Part shown: one piece after another, positions 13,405 through 25,924 of the stretch | Layout of the letters: every line of letters starts with the position of its first letter | Numbering within the stretch: the first letter of the stretch is position 1 | NCBI GenBank assembly: GCA_024704765.1 | Contig: JAKMXF010000088.1 | Location: 186,001 to 250,000 of the forward strand | Origin: Oopsacas minuta | Taxonomy: Eukaryota; Animalia; Porifera | Length of the DNA: 64,000 nt | Direction: 5' to 3' | Notes under the pieces: model-generated | Told to the model about the DNA's origin: nothing | Databases searched by the model: none | The model's input: the letters and a program-made list of their open reading frames with translations, nothing else | Translations under genes and position numbers: made by a program

Positions 13405-13564
13405 ATAGATTCATAGATTCATAGATTCATAGATTCATAGATTCATAGATTCATAGATTCATAGATTCATAGATTCATAGATTCATAGATTCATAGATTC
13501 ATAGATGCATAGATTCATAGATGCATAGATTCATAGATGCATAGATTCATAGATGCATAGATTC
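13405..13564 (+). repeat. 8-bp tandem repeat: (atagattc)x12 followed by (atagatgc atagattc)x4
   Basis: Counted directly: 20 units. The last atagatgc unit supplies the ATG at 13553. Confidence 0.97.
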
Positions 13565-14872
13565 ATTTTTAGAACTCCCACAATAGTGGTAAAGAGAAGT
13601 ACTACAAAGTATTCAATAGTGATCATAATCGCTTTGTTATTACTCATGGGGTTGATATATGAGTTCACGAAAACAGAATCCCTGGAGAATGAGGTGGATA
13701 ATACAATTCCTAAACTATCATGGATTGATTACAGAAATTTGGGGAACCCAGAGATAGAATCACAGCATATTCCTACTTATACCACTCCAGTAAATATGAA
13801 GGAAGGAGTTAATCCTGAGATTCATGATACATCATGGATTGATTACAGAAATAATTGGAACGGAACAATATTGATAAAATCTGATTCTACTAAACTAATA
13901 CTCACAGATCAATACAGAGAGGCAATGAGGAGGAAGGGAGCACACCCTTTGACACAATTGTATCCTCAGTTATTGGATCATACAAACACTGTCAGAAACA
14001 ATTGTTTGAAAGTTCCTGGCGCTTTTAGTAACGAAATAACAACCTCCAGTGGAGTATATATATACTTCAATGACGATTATGAAGTAGTGAATTGTGCGAT
14101 TCCAAAAGTCTCTTCTACCATGTGGGGTATAGAGTTTGCGCGTATGATAAACTCCCCTATAACATTACCCAAAGAAACACGAGATAAATTTCGTTTAACC
14201 AATGTATTCACCCAGTATTCGAAAACAGCACGTTGCATGCAAACATATACTAAATTCTTCATTTACAGACATCCATTCGAACGTTTAGTCTCAGCTTATT
14301 ATGATAAATTTACATTGGCCTCGCAAGTGTGGTACGTAGGAAAGTTCGGTAGGGATATTATTACTGTGAATTATCTGAATGATAACACTCAAGGATCTAA
14401 ATATTCAGAGTTATCACTTGAAACAAAAACAAAAATTTCCAACCAGCAAAACCGTCTCAAATTACCTCATGGGAAGTACAACATAACTTTCTTAGAATTC
14501 GTTACATATATCGCTAGCTTTTTAGATAAGAATGCTGTGCAAGACCTGGATTTACATTGGAGGCCAATTTCTTTACAATGTAATCCTTGTGCAGTAGATT
14601 ATGACATCGTTATTGATCACGAATTCGTCGTTGAAGAATCACAAATATTAGCTGATTATCTCCAGAAAAACAAAAAATCAAACCCTCCCATTAATTTTGT
14701 AAAAGAGCAAAGAAGGGCAACACGTGATAAGTGTAATCAGATCTTCCGTGATATTCCACAGAATCTCCGTGAGAAACTGCATAAGATTTATTTAACTGAT
14801 TTCATCCTATTCGGTTATAATTACAATGGAGATAGTCACGACTATGCTTGTGATGAGAATATTGCTAAATAA
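13553..14872 (+). CDS. Carbohydrate sulfotransferase (Sulfotransfer_2; CHST11/HNK-1ST-like), type II membrane protein
   Basis: N-terminal TM (SIVIIIALLLLMGLIY), 5'-PSB CAIPKVSSTMW, 3'-PB FIYRHPFERLVSAYYDKF, plus HWRPISLQCNPC and YLTDFILFGY. The exact start is uncertain because splice-like signals flank the microsatellite. Confidence 0.9.
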   Translation: MHRFIFRTPTIVVKRSTTKYSIVIIIALLLLMGLIYEFTKTESLENEVDNTIPKLSWIDYRNLGNPEIESQHIPTYTTPVNMKEGVNPEIHDTSWIDYRNNWNGTILIKSDSTKLILTDQYREAMRRKGAHPLTQLYPQLLDHTNTVRNNCLKVPGAFSNEITTSSGVYIYFNDDYEVVNCAIPKVSSTMWGIEFARMINSPITLPKETRDKFRLTNVFTQYSKTARCMQTYTKFFIYRHPFERLVSAYYDKFTLASQVWYVGKFGRDIITVNYLNDNTQGSKYSELSLETKTKISNQQNRLKLPHGKYNITFLEFVTYIASFLDKNAVQDLDLHWRPISLQCNPCAVDYDIVIDHEFVVEESQILADYLQKNKKSNPPINFVKEQRRATRDKCNQIFRDIPQNLREKLHKIYLTDFILFGYNYNGDSHDYACDENIAK

Positions 14873-16146
14873 CTCATCATGATATATAATCTATGTTATT
14901 TTGTATCTTTTTGACATACATGTTTGTATATAAGTATTATTTGAGTACAGTCACTGTCAACTCTGCTTACCACCGAGTAATCGAGTGAACAATCAACGAC
15001 TCAATCAAGATGAAATTGCTCATGATCTGATCAAATTCTGATAAGCTAGGTAGAAGTCAAAAAAGTTCATTAAATTGGGATACATAATTAGTGCTTAAGT
15101 GATGCTGTTCTTTTTCTATATACAGTAAAACTCGGTAAAAATAGATGTACTTGTTTCTAACTAATGATTCGGATAATAAATATGTTTACGGCTAAGACGT
15201 ACTAAATATTTCTTCCCAAAAGAACAAAATGTATTGAATCATACTCGGATACGACGTACTCACTGATAAGTACAGTATATACCATACATAATACTATACT
15301 TTTATTAATTATTTGTATACTATGTACGTAGAATCATATTGATACTGACAACCTGGGTTAATACGTATTTTCTTTGCTCCCAAGCGAATGTATCTCAACG
15401 GGGAAGCCGCATTTGTCATAATATTATGTTGTCATTTGTCAGAATGGTATATTGAGAATGTTATCACTTGTCATAATTAACAAATAACAAATGGGCTATG
15501 CGCTCAAATTGAGTGGATATTTTTAATGAGAATATTATTATTGAATCTTTTATCTCAATATAAGATAATTATTAGTAATGAAACATAAGAATGGATACAG
15601 GAATTATTGACGAATGCTTGGATGTTGCCAATAGTAGGCTGATTGACTGAACAAATTTCCATCTCGTAACATATTTTTGTAGATTAATCTGTATTCATCA
15701 ATTTTTAGATCATTCTTTTTTTCTTGGCCCACTTGTTTATTTCCCTAGACGTAACCGATCAATATCATTGTCGATATCCTGAATAATTTCATTTAAAGTG
15801 GAAATTTGTGGCTAAATTCCGATCAAAAATGGATCATTCGTAAGATATTATTCGGTTTGACTAGTGTTTTGCAATATTTAATTATCATTTCAGCATTCTG
15901 TACAGAGAGTATTTGTACAAAAATACTCAAATGATCAGAGAAGAATATCACCCCCATATATTCACCAGATATGACAGTATATTTGTGATATCTTGTCGCA
16001 GATAATGTATCTGAAAATCGGCATCGGTTAGCCGAATTGTTGGTTCTATTGTTCTAGCCCGATACATCGAAGATTCGCATACTCTAAAGGAGATATCATG
16101 TGCAGAAGGATCCGTTCGAGTTGAATAATCGAAAACTGTTCTTAAA

Positions 16147-17721
16147 TTGGTTTGGGTACTTTTTACACTTGGTTTTGAGCTCAAATACTTAAGCAATACA
16201 CGTAATCATAATCAATTACGAAATTTAGCCATAATGTGTGATAGATATCAAATTAGCGATCGGGCAGCGGCAGCTATAGCTAACGCAGTACTGCAGGATT
16301 ACGGTATTATCACACAGGAAGAAGATAGTCAAATTATTGATAGAAACAAACTCCGTAGATCTAGATTCTCTGTGAGAAAGGAATTGGCTAATGAGGCTCA
16401 CGAAACTATCAATGATATATCTGCAATATATTTTGATGGCCGTAAAGATCAAACTCGAGTACTGGTAGAAAGAGAAGATGGACATTTGCATCAGGATACT
16501 GCAAATGAAGAACATTATACTGTCTTATCTGAACCGGGGAATCAGTATGTTGCCCATATAACACCAAGTTCTGGTAAAGCCAAAGATATAGCAAAGGAAT
16601 TGACTGATCTTTGCAGGGAGCGTAATTCAAATTTAATGGCGGTTGGAGCTGATGGAGCTCGTGTTAACACTGGAATCTACAATGGGTGTATTAGATTACT
16701 TGAACTAGAGTTCACAAAACCACTCCACTGGTTTATTTGCCAATTACATGGTAATGAACTTCCATTGAGGCATCTCTTTCAAATAATAGATGGAAAAACC
16801 AGTGGACCCAATTCTTTTAAAGGAGTAATTGGTAAAGAACTTAATTGTGATTTTACTTGCAAACCAATTGCAGCGTATCATCATTTATGCGGTAAAACTC
16901 AACTTATTGATTGCGATAGTCTCAAGAATTTAAATAAAGATCAGAAATATCTATATAATATCTGCCATGCAGTTCAGACTGGTATTTGCTCATCTGAACT
17001 GGCATCGATGCAACCTGGTCCTTTACATCATGCTAGATGGACAACACTGGCCAACAGATTACTTAGGTCGTACATTTCTACGATACATCCCACACCTGAA
17101 TTATCCCGACTTGTCAATTTTATTGTCAATTATTATGCACCAGTTTGGTTTAGAATCAAGAGTAACCCGATTTGCACAGATGGACCTAAAAATATGTTTT
17201 TTGCGATATCTTTGCTACGAGATCTACCGGAGTCTGACCAAGAAGTAATTTGCGATGTGATACAGAGAAACTCATATTTTTGTCATCCAGAAAATCTCCT
17301 GTTATCGATGCTTGCAGATAATGATGAACAAATTAGACAAAAGGCAGTGAAGACTATTTTAGATATCCGAATTAACAGTTCATCATTTAGACCGATTGAA
17401 ATTCGCCCATTTAATCTTCCTTCAATTAGGTTCACTGCTGAAACATATGTGGATATGATTGATTGGGAAACCTCTTTTATCACAGAACCGCCTTTTACAA
17501 GATACCTCTCAAAAGAAGTACTAATTAATTGTGTACGTACTCCACTAGAAATTCCAGCATATCCATGTCATACACAAGCTGTTGAAAGAACTATTCAATT
17601 AGTCACTAAAAGTTCGTGTTCAGTAACAGGAGAAGATGCGAGACATGGATTAATTCTTTCAACCCTAACATCAAGAGAAAAAATGCCCGCATTTGAGTCA
17701 AAGAAAGATTATGCATGTTAA
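16147..17721 (+). mobile_element. Uninterrupted DDE transposase ORF (hAT-related; 5' end probably chimeric); element likely extends to ~18142
   Basis: CDRYQISDRAAAAIA, YFDGRKD (D), GADG (D), CQLH (CxxH), HARW and PCHTQAVER (E). No stops over 524 codons. A left TIR was not found. Confidence 0.8.
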
Positions 17722-18142
17722 ATATACTTGATATAACATAATTGAATCATATACCACGATAGATAAAAAAGCTATAATTTTCAAATAATCGGAAAAAAAG
17801 GGGGGTGGGTAATAATATTAGGGTATGATAGAATATGCAAAAAAAATATTGATAACTTGAGTATCCTTGGACATAGAAATTCGATTAATACACCATTCAA
17901 TAGCAAATATGCGACTTAGTATTACCAAATAATATATATAAAGGGGCTAAGTCAAAGGAATTTGAAAATTCGGACAATATAAAATCAATTTTGCGAAAGT
18001 GACACAGCAAAAATATAAAACCGCAAGGGTCAAATCGAAATATTTTTCAAATTTAAGTCTCGCATTTTCCTAGAAAATGGTAAAGGCAACTTTTCCCTTA
18101 GGTAGAAGTTGAACCGATGATTTATACTTTTCTCGATCCGGC

Positions 18143-18384
18143 CTATTGTGGGAGTTCTAAAAATGAATCTATGCATCTATGAATCTATGAATCTATGAAT
18201 CTATGAATCTATGAATCTATGAATCTATGAATCTATGAATCTATGAATCTATGAATCTATACTAACTAATTTAATATATTCACAAAATTGACTTACCTTG
18301 ATTATATAATATAATACATACTCTGCTCGGTATTCTAACTCTCATGCCATTTATGCCACATACATACTAATTGTAATATGTGGC
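18143..18384 (-). repeat. Inverted copy of the sulfotransferase 5' region and first 11 codons
   Basis: Reverse complement of ~13282..13586. The flanks appear identical from ~13290 to 13586 apart from the microsatellite, which has 12 units here (18165..18260) with only one ATG unit. Weaker homology resumes at 19466..~19497. Confidence 0.95.
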
Positions 18385-19465
18385 GGTGCTAGAATATCTT
18401 GTCGAAGATATTTTCCAGAAGTTATTCTTAATTAATTGTACACTAAAATAGTGATAAAATTTTTAGCAGTTTAAGTTTATTGTAGAAAATTGAAAAAGAT
18501 GAAAATACAATAAAATGCAATATTAGTAGGTTAAATTATACGCTATACTACGAAGATATTCTAGATATGGTATATATATATTCGTCTACCAACTTCTCTA
18601 AACGTCTATTAAGTTGAACGTACTTCTTAGATTTCGGCAGTTCATGTCCACATCTAACTTTAGAAGATTTGATTGTACATTACTTCTGTTTTATTTTTAG
18701 CTATACAAAAGATTAGAGGAATTATCACCGTCTCAGTTAATAACGCATGGACAGTGTATAATTGGTATCCAAGTGGTGCGGATTCAAACGTACCATCGCA
18801 AAACCAATTTTGGGTATCGAGCTAGCATTCTGATGTTTTCTTCTGTTCCGAGGATAATTAGATCGATCTCTGGATTGTTGGAGATTAAAAATTGTTGGCC
18901 CCTTGTTGTATGTATAGATTCGTAAAAATCTATATCTGAAAGTTTCCTCTTGCGTCGTACAATTTTAGACAAGCATTCTTTAGTGGGAAGTTTTACTGCT
19001 GCAACAATTGAGATTGAGTTGTTGCATTCTGGATTACCGAAGAAGTAACTTCAGTTAGTGTAGATCGTAATTTGATCGCTTCTATAGTTTTAACTGCCTC
19101 AACAGATGCGAAATCGGGTTGATGATTGTAGTTTAGAGGTGACTTTTTCACAAATCCGTTATTCTATAAGTTATCATACGACTATTGCGTAAACCTCTCT
19201 TCTCGCAACGCCAATAAGTTGAATGATCAGAATCTTTATCTTTGATATATATGTAATCATTATATATCAGCTTCTTTCCTCCGAAAATTGTTGATGTCAA
19301 TTCCATTTTATCGATAATAGTAAGTATTCGATATTGCCAGTATTTATAGAGATTATACTGGTAGAATGTGTATAAACACCTACCATTCATTACATTATTT
19401 ATTTCATGAATATAATTAGTTCCATATGATTAATTTGTTATCTTTCAGTAAGATGTCCGGACACG
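18385..19465 (-). mobile_element. Deleted FLYWCH-type MULE with 9-bp TSD
   Basis: FLYWCH-like YIYIKDKDSDHSTYWRCEKRG and core WFCDGTFESAP..YQLYTVH (frameshifted). TSD atatgtggc at 18376-18384 and 19466-19474. Imperfect TIRs ggtgctagaatatctt / (reverse complement) cgtgtccggacatctt. Confidence 0.85.
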
Positions 19466-21466
19466 ATATGTGGCGCTAGATAGTGTGCCTATTGTGGTTA
19501 TGAGCACGATTTTACGCATTATATATCTCAGTCACCTCTTGGTTTATAGAAATGAAATCTCGTATGGAATATTATCTCTTGAGGGGCTTTTCTCATAATT
19601 CATAATCAATCTCGATCACACCTATTCTCCACACAATGACATTTGTAATACAAAATCTCCACAGGGAATCTTTATTTGTTATTTGACGATTATTTTCTTA
19701 TTGACCATATCAAAATGTAATACTATTGCTTAAATATTTTTTTCCTCAATTTCATCCTTATGTTATTGTCATGATTCAGATTTTGCACAAGAATTGATAT
19801 AATATACAAAATAGATTCGAAGCAATATATACATAGCCCACTATCCATAATAAAGCCTCACAACTTCCTATGGAAATTGAACCAGAGATGAATAGGTCGA
19901 CCGAAGTATTTGTATATGCTTTCTATATTGCAAAAACGACTCACTCTTGCCCGAATAAATGTATAGGAGTAGAACAACAATCAATCAAGCATAATATGTT
20001 ACAAAATTTAGTATTATAAATGTGTCAAAAAGTAAACATTTGTCATTCCTTGATGCCTTGTAAAAAGTTATATACAAATGTATATTTCATATGAAAGTTA
20101 ATATATGGAATGATCTAAAGATACTTCTAAGCAAAATATCAAAATTTGTATTAATAAAGTTGACTCGTTCCTGAGTTACAGTAGAGGCCACTGATGACAG
20201 TTTTAGGAAAAGCCAATTATGACTCGATAGTCGCTACAATTAATGTCTAATCAGTATTGCCAATTTATAGTATATACCGGAATTCCCATACCCTTGTAAT
20301 GAATACATTTTGCTACGATATATCTGAAGATTATTGTGCAATCTTGAAAAGAACCATATATGGGCATATTCATGATGATTACATCAATTTTAACAATTAT
20401 CGAGTTAAATTGGTTATCCATTAAATGTATCGCCTAGTTTAAACTTATATCTGTATGTCAGAATATTTATATTTATTACTACCTAAATTGGAAAAAAAAG
20501 CTCAAATTGGGCTGTAAAACAGCAAAAATCAGGTGTAAAAGCTCAAAATATGTAAAGGGCTAAACTGTTGGATATTCGGAAAATTGTAGTTGTTAAACAC
20601 TTTACTGCATTTCCACCATCCTGGTCATCCATGGTCACTACTGTAACTCAAGAACGAGCCAACTGTATTATTACAAATTTGTCTTTAGATAATTAAGATA
20701 TTAACTTTGTTGAAATGAAAGATGCAATATTTAACGTTCAAACAAAGCATCATAGAATGACATAATTAACCAAATAAAGGCTAACTAGACAAATATTTTG
20801 ACACATTCCTGAATTTTTAGCATACAAAGTTCGATAATTAGTTGTTCTTCAAATATACACTACAATAATTCGGGTAAAAATGTCCCGTTTTTGCAAAATA
20901 TAGAACCTATACAAATACTTCAGTCGTCCTCCGCATTCCTAGCTCAAAATCCATAAGTAACTCATGTATAGTGAGCTATGATATAGCGAATATGCTGTAT
21001 CCGATGTTAACAATAGGATTTAATCTTATGACTAGATTATTGTTGTTTATATGAATGACGCAAAATCAAATTCTTAAATCATTGAAACAATTATTTTCAA
21101 AAATAAATGTGTCAATGATCTAAGATTTTGAGATATTAAAATCATTATTCGACAGCCGATTTACCTCTATTGAGTATTGAGGAGGACTGGGCCTAACTAC
21201 TCCACTGAGGTTTTATATAAGCTGTTTGTTTGCAATAGATTTGGCCATAACATTAAAAGTTCTTAAGTTAATGGTGAATATTGGCAAAATTGTGTCATTC
21301 ATGTTGACTTTATGTATGTATATAGAAATAACAAGCAATTTATGAATGAAGAAAAGTACACACATATTCATGTCTCAAAAATATTTTACAAATTTACATT
21401 TTGCAATTACAACAAAATCGACAACAATAAATAAACTGAATAATTAAAGAGTAAAATGTGTGAAAT

Positions 21467-22095
21467 TCAAAAACATCTTCTATTTACTCCATCTCTGCTA
21501 TAGATTATAATACAATCAGGAATACAAGCTTTGTCTGTGTACAAGCATAGCTCATCATAGTTTAGATTTACTCCAGCTTTACCATATATAGAGTTGTATC
21601 CAGCATCTGGACTAACTCTATTGATATCATCCTTATACTCTATCTGTTTTTTACCAGGAGCACACTTCACATAAAACATAGCACGATATCCATAGCTAGC
21701 ATCGCCAAGAGTATAATCGTGACACTTCGAACTCTCAGGAGCAAAGTAGAGTCCCTTCCCGAAGCGAGTGAATTTGACATTGGTGCCAACCTTTTTTATG
21801 TCGAAGCTTTGTTTGGATACCTGACATATTGTGCATTCAGGAAGGTTACACAATGAATTTGACTTCAGAAGATCACATTTTATTTTACAACCATGAAAAT
21901 AGTATTCAGTATTAGCGTTTTCTGTCAGTGCGTTCTTGTAGGAGTCAAACATTACGTCAGCCCCTCTAGGTTGTACTCTAAATATGGCTGTTACTGGCGG
22001 ACAAGCCCCTTTATTCAGGTTCCAATTATTTTTGAACTGTGTGCATGCTGAAACGAAGTCTGGATGGTTTTCATCAAGTTTCAAAACACCAAATG
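21467..22095 (-). CDS. PARP-like ADP-ribosyltransferase domain (last exon)
   Basis: YFHGC (H), RFGKGLYFA (Y) and NYDELCLY (E) form the H-Y-E triad, with a Cys cluster after the HG motif. The acceptor ttcag|c at 22096/22095 joins the upstream exon in phase 1 (HYA-A-FGVLKLDEN). Confidence 0.85.
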
Positions 22096-22436
22096 CTGAA
22101 GTACAAAATACGTATATAAAATTGAGCTTGAACGAACTTTGTCTAAGTAATAATGGTCGACATACCAGGCTGTTTAATCATGATAATGCCTACTTTACCG
22201 TTGGAAACTAATCTATAGTACAGTTTTATATAAGGCCCAAAAGGTGTACTTGTATATGATTTTTTATCATATGACAAACTTTATGTAGATTTCATAGTAA
22301 AAATCACAATAGAATTCTACCGACCCCAAATTATTCGTTTGGAGCTAATCTCTGGCATAAATCTGGTAAGGCCTGAGATTTGTTGACTCATGGTTCACAA
22401 GTTATTCTGAAGGATTATATTCTCAAATCCACTTAC

Positions 22437-22796
22437 CAGCATAGTGCCTTTCTGCACAAGCATTTCCACAGAAATCCAACCACCTATTCTGATCCGAGTT
22501 AAAGAACTTGTCTTTTCCACAGAAACACTTCTCGGGACGGGATACAGCATTAGAAAGCTTCGCTTGGAAGCAAGTCTCACACCACTTAAACCCTTTATTG
22601 GGCTTATTCTTATAGCATTTAGTACATTTATCATAAGAGGCATAGCAACTTTGACACCAATTAAACCCAGGGTTAGAATTATTCACCTTACATTTGGTGC
22701 AAATAGGCAGAGATCTGTTCTGTAAACAATTCGTACATAAATTATCCTTGTTTACGGGTACATCCAACACCACATCACAATCTTTACACTTAGTTC
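22437..22796 (-). CDS. Cys-rich zinc-finger-like exon of the PARP-like gene
   Basis: CxxC pairs, two C-T-K-C..N-x-G-F-x-W-C-x-x-C repeats and CFCG...FCGNAC. Donor g|gtaagt at 22437/22436; acceptor tatag|ga at 22797/22796. The ATG-bearing exon further upstream was not identified. Confidence 0.75.
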
Positions 22797-25700
22797 CTAT
22801 ATACGTATTGTTATGACATAATTATCATAGATCTACAATACAAAATGTTACTCAAATTTTAGCATGATATTTACAAGGGTTACTACAGAACCTATGTAAC
22901 TAGTGCCAAATTCTCAGGGTTCCAAATTCAAGTTTTCAGATGACGTATTTCAGTGGTAATAGCCGTGTCGGAAGAATATCTTTGACAGGCAGGAAGTGTT
23001 AGCAGCCTAGCAAGTAGAAGCGTGGTTGTAATGAATTAATCATTAATCATTGCACCTCGAGGTCTTATTTATTCTCCAATAAGACGACCCATTTCGGGCT
23101 AACTTAGCTAATTGTTATTTTAGTAGTTAAATTCATCAAAAGTTTCTCGAAAGGTGCCATTAATTAGTACTAATCCTCATCCCGGTGTAGCAACCCAGGC
23201 TAATCCCGAGTATAATCTAGGCTAGTCCACTTCATACCAGGGGAGTATAATCTGTCCTACGACAGAATAAACCCGGGTATATAATGGGCTAGCTCAGATT
23301 ATCCCGGGGTAAACTGAGTGGGGAAGTTAATCTAGGCTGTTACATCTGGACCACGCTTCTGCATGTTGCAATATGTACAGCACTGAGAATGGCATACAAA
23401 TGCACTGCTGGGGAGTTTTGCAACTTAAGAAACTGTCGCCTTAGACTTGAGAAAGTATTTATTACCAACATCTAGTATGTGACTTGTACACTTTAAATAG
23501 TCCGGGGGACTAGTTATGGCTGACTATAACTAGTCCGAGGTGGAACAATCATGGCCAACATCAATTATAAACAATATTCTTAACAAATCTGATCAATATC
23601 CAATTTAGCAAGGAGATATCGATACCGAAGACCCAATCCAATAACCAGAAGGTAGTTAGACATCTGGAAAACATACAGGAGCAAACCTGACACTAATTCA
23701 AGGTAAATTTCTTCAATACAGCTCAATTAGTAAACAAAACACACATAACAATAGAATATCATTAAATAATTCATTCAAAGACTAGATATCGCTACCAGAT
23801 ACAACCAGGAGGTAAGGACATACTAGGACCAGATAGAGTCGACCAAAACTTGTTTGAGGGGTCAGTTATGGTATCACAGGCGCCTATATACACATGTTAT
23901 CAACAAAAAATCATGGTGTGTCATATAGAGAATTACAGATCGATGAATAGAAGTCAAAAAATAGATCATAGGTAGCAATTGGAATATTCCAATTGCAATC
24001 TTGGGTTAATAACTGATAAATCGTATAAATAATGGCAGTAATCTCAGCTAAATTCCTTATCTTCTTTACTTGTATATGTTATTTGATATAAAATGAAATT
24101 AAAGTTACACCACAGACGTAATATCAAATTCAATTAATTTTAGAATTAGCATTGGGATATGATGTAATATCATATAAATAATAGTGTTATGCTTACATAT
24201 GCTAATATGCAGAAAAGATGAGATTAATATCTTGATATTTGATGGGGATGGAGGCAGCAATTGATTTATAGAGTATGATTATAGGAATGGTAAATCTAGC
24301 ACGAATAACCAGTAGTAATGAATATAGAAATTCTAACAAAAACCGAATATTCTTCCTATACAATTAGTGTAATTGAGAATCCGTTTTGGAGAAGAGTAAG
24401 TCTAAAGCTGAGTACGTACTAACCGAGTTCTACTGTACTACTATTTCTTTCCCGAAGGGGTAAGTCTTAGCAGTTCAACTTTATTGTAATTGTAATTGTA
24501 ATGCATTAGCATTTTTGAACATTATTATTACCAAAAATCCAAGCACACTAGTCACCAGAGTGAAGATAATATGGGACAGAAGGATGCATATAAGCAGGAC
24601 ATAGACCATTAAAATAAAACACAACTATCAAAAATCGAGACTATTCCACATTTAGCAAGTTTGGAGGGGCATGAGTCGCATAACGCTCTACATATGCCCG
24701 AAAAAGGTGGGACCCAGCCAAAATCGGGACAGTTGTCAAATATGAATTAATTAATTAATTAATTACAAATAAACGTGAACTAGTAATTGTATAACGAACC
24801 TTGAGGGGTACTAAATAAACCGCCCATTCACTTGTTGTATTACTTATTTTAGTAAAGAAAACTTCATAAATTTCTCAATAATTTCTTACTTATACTGAGA
24901 TCAAGTATGCAAGAAAGTATTGTAATGTTACATATATGAATATAATGTTACAATTCAAATATATATGAATCATATCCGTATGTTAAGATTTGGGAATAAA
25001 TCAACCCTTGGGCCTTCCAATAAATTCTAAATGATTAGGACAATGGAACTTGAATTTCCGTCGCTCCAAATAGCTGTCACCGCTATATAGAGTCACTTAA
25101 TACCAGAGGCGTATCTAGCATTTCCTCTTGGGGTTGCCACTGTGGTTGCTAGCAACCCCAATAACATAGAGCTTGAGGGTATCTTCACTAATCCAGGGGT
25201 TGCTGGCATTAGCCCCGGGGTTACCAGCAGCACCTAACAACCCCATAGCTTAACACACTGGCCGTAGGAAACGGTCTGATTGGGCAGACTGAGGCTCCAA
25301 TCGGACCAGAAATAGTATTAATTAATCAACCAGACCAACTTTAGTGGCTCTATATACTTCATATAGGTCAACCTGACCAATTGAAATCTGCTTGCTACGG
25401 ATCTGTACTGTTATTTCATTAAAATGAATACAATTTTGCATGTAAATTTAGTGCTTATTGTTGTGTCCTATGTATATTTATGATATAGTAACATAGTATT
25501 AAAATAAGAACTTCCCAAATACGTCCATAGAGGGACCGATTGGGGAATAAATTAGATCACGAGGAGCAAAGCGTAATGATTAATACATTACAAACATACT
25601 TTGCTTGCTTGCAATACGTGACTTGCGAACTCTGTAGTCTATAGTATACTATCTCAATCTACCATTGAATCAATGTATACCAATACAAGGCATTAGTTAA

Positions 25701-25924
25701 AACATTTTATCACTTAAAGATGAGTCAAGATTTTTGTATAGAAGTTGAATTTTTTTAAGTTGAACAGTTATTAATCAAATGCCAAATTTCAATTGGTAGA
25801 TTTTACTTGTCCCTCAATCAAATGATATGGTATTTACATGATGACCCCCAGTCATGGCTTACTATATACTATTGCTTGATAATAAGCAAAGAATTACCCA
25901 AATAATTCCAGCGGCCATTGATTA

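Noticed and set aside
13405-13564. Repeat array as CRISPR or telomere
   Set aside because: These are 8-bp tandem units with no spacers and no cas genes, in a eukaryotic context. It is an interstitial microsatellite and not TTAGGG-like.
15560-16196. Minus-strand ORF remnants as the missing 3' part of the FLYWCH-MULE
   Set aside because: The sequence is coding-like but lacks clear MULE C-terminal motifs, and it lies outside the TSD-delimited element.
19500-20900. Possible decayed membrane-protein or transposase pseudogenes
   Set aside because: Only short hydrophobic or coding-like patches with many stops; no motif supports a call.
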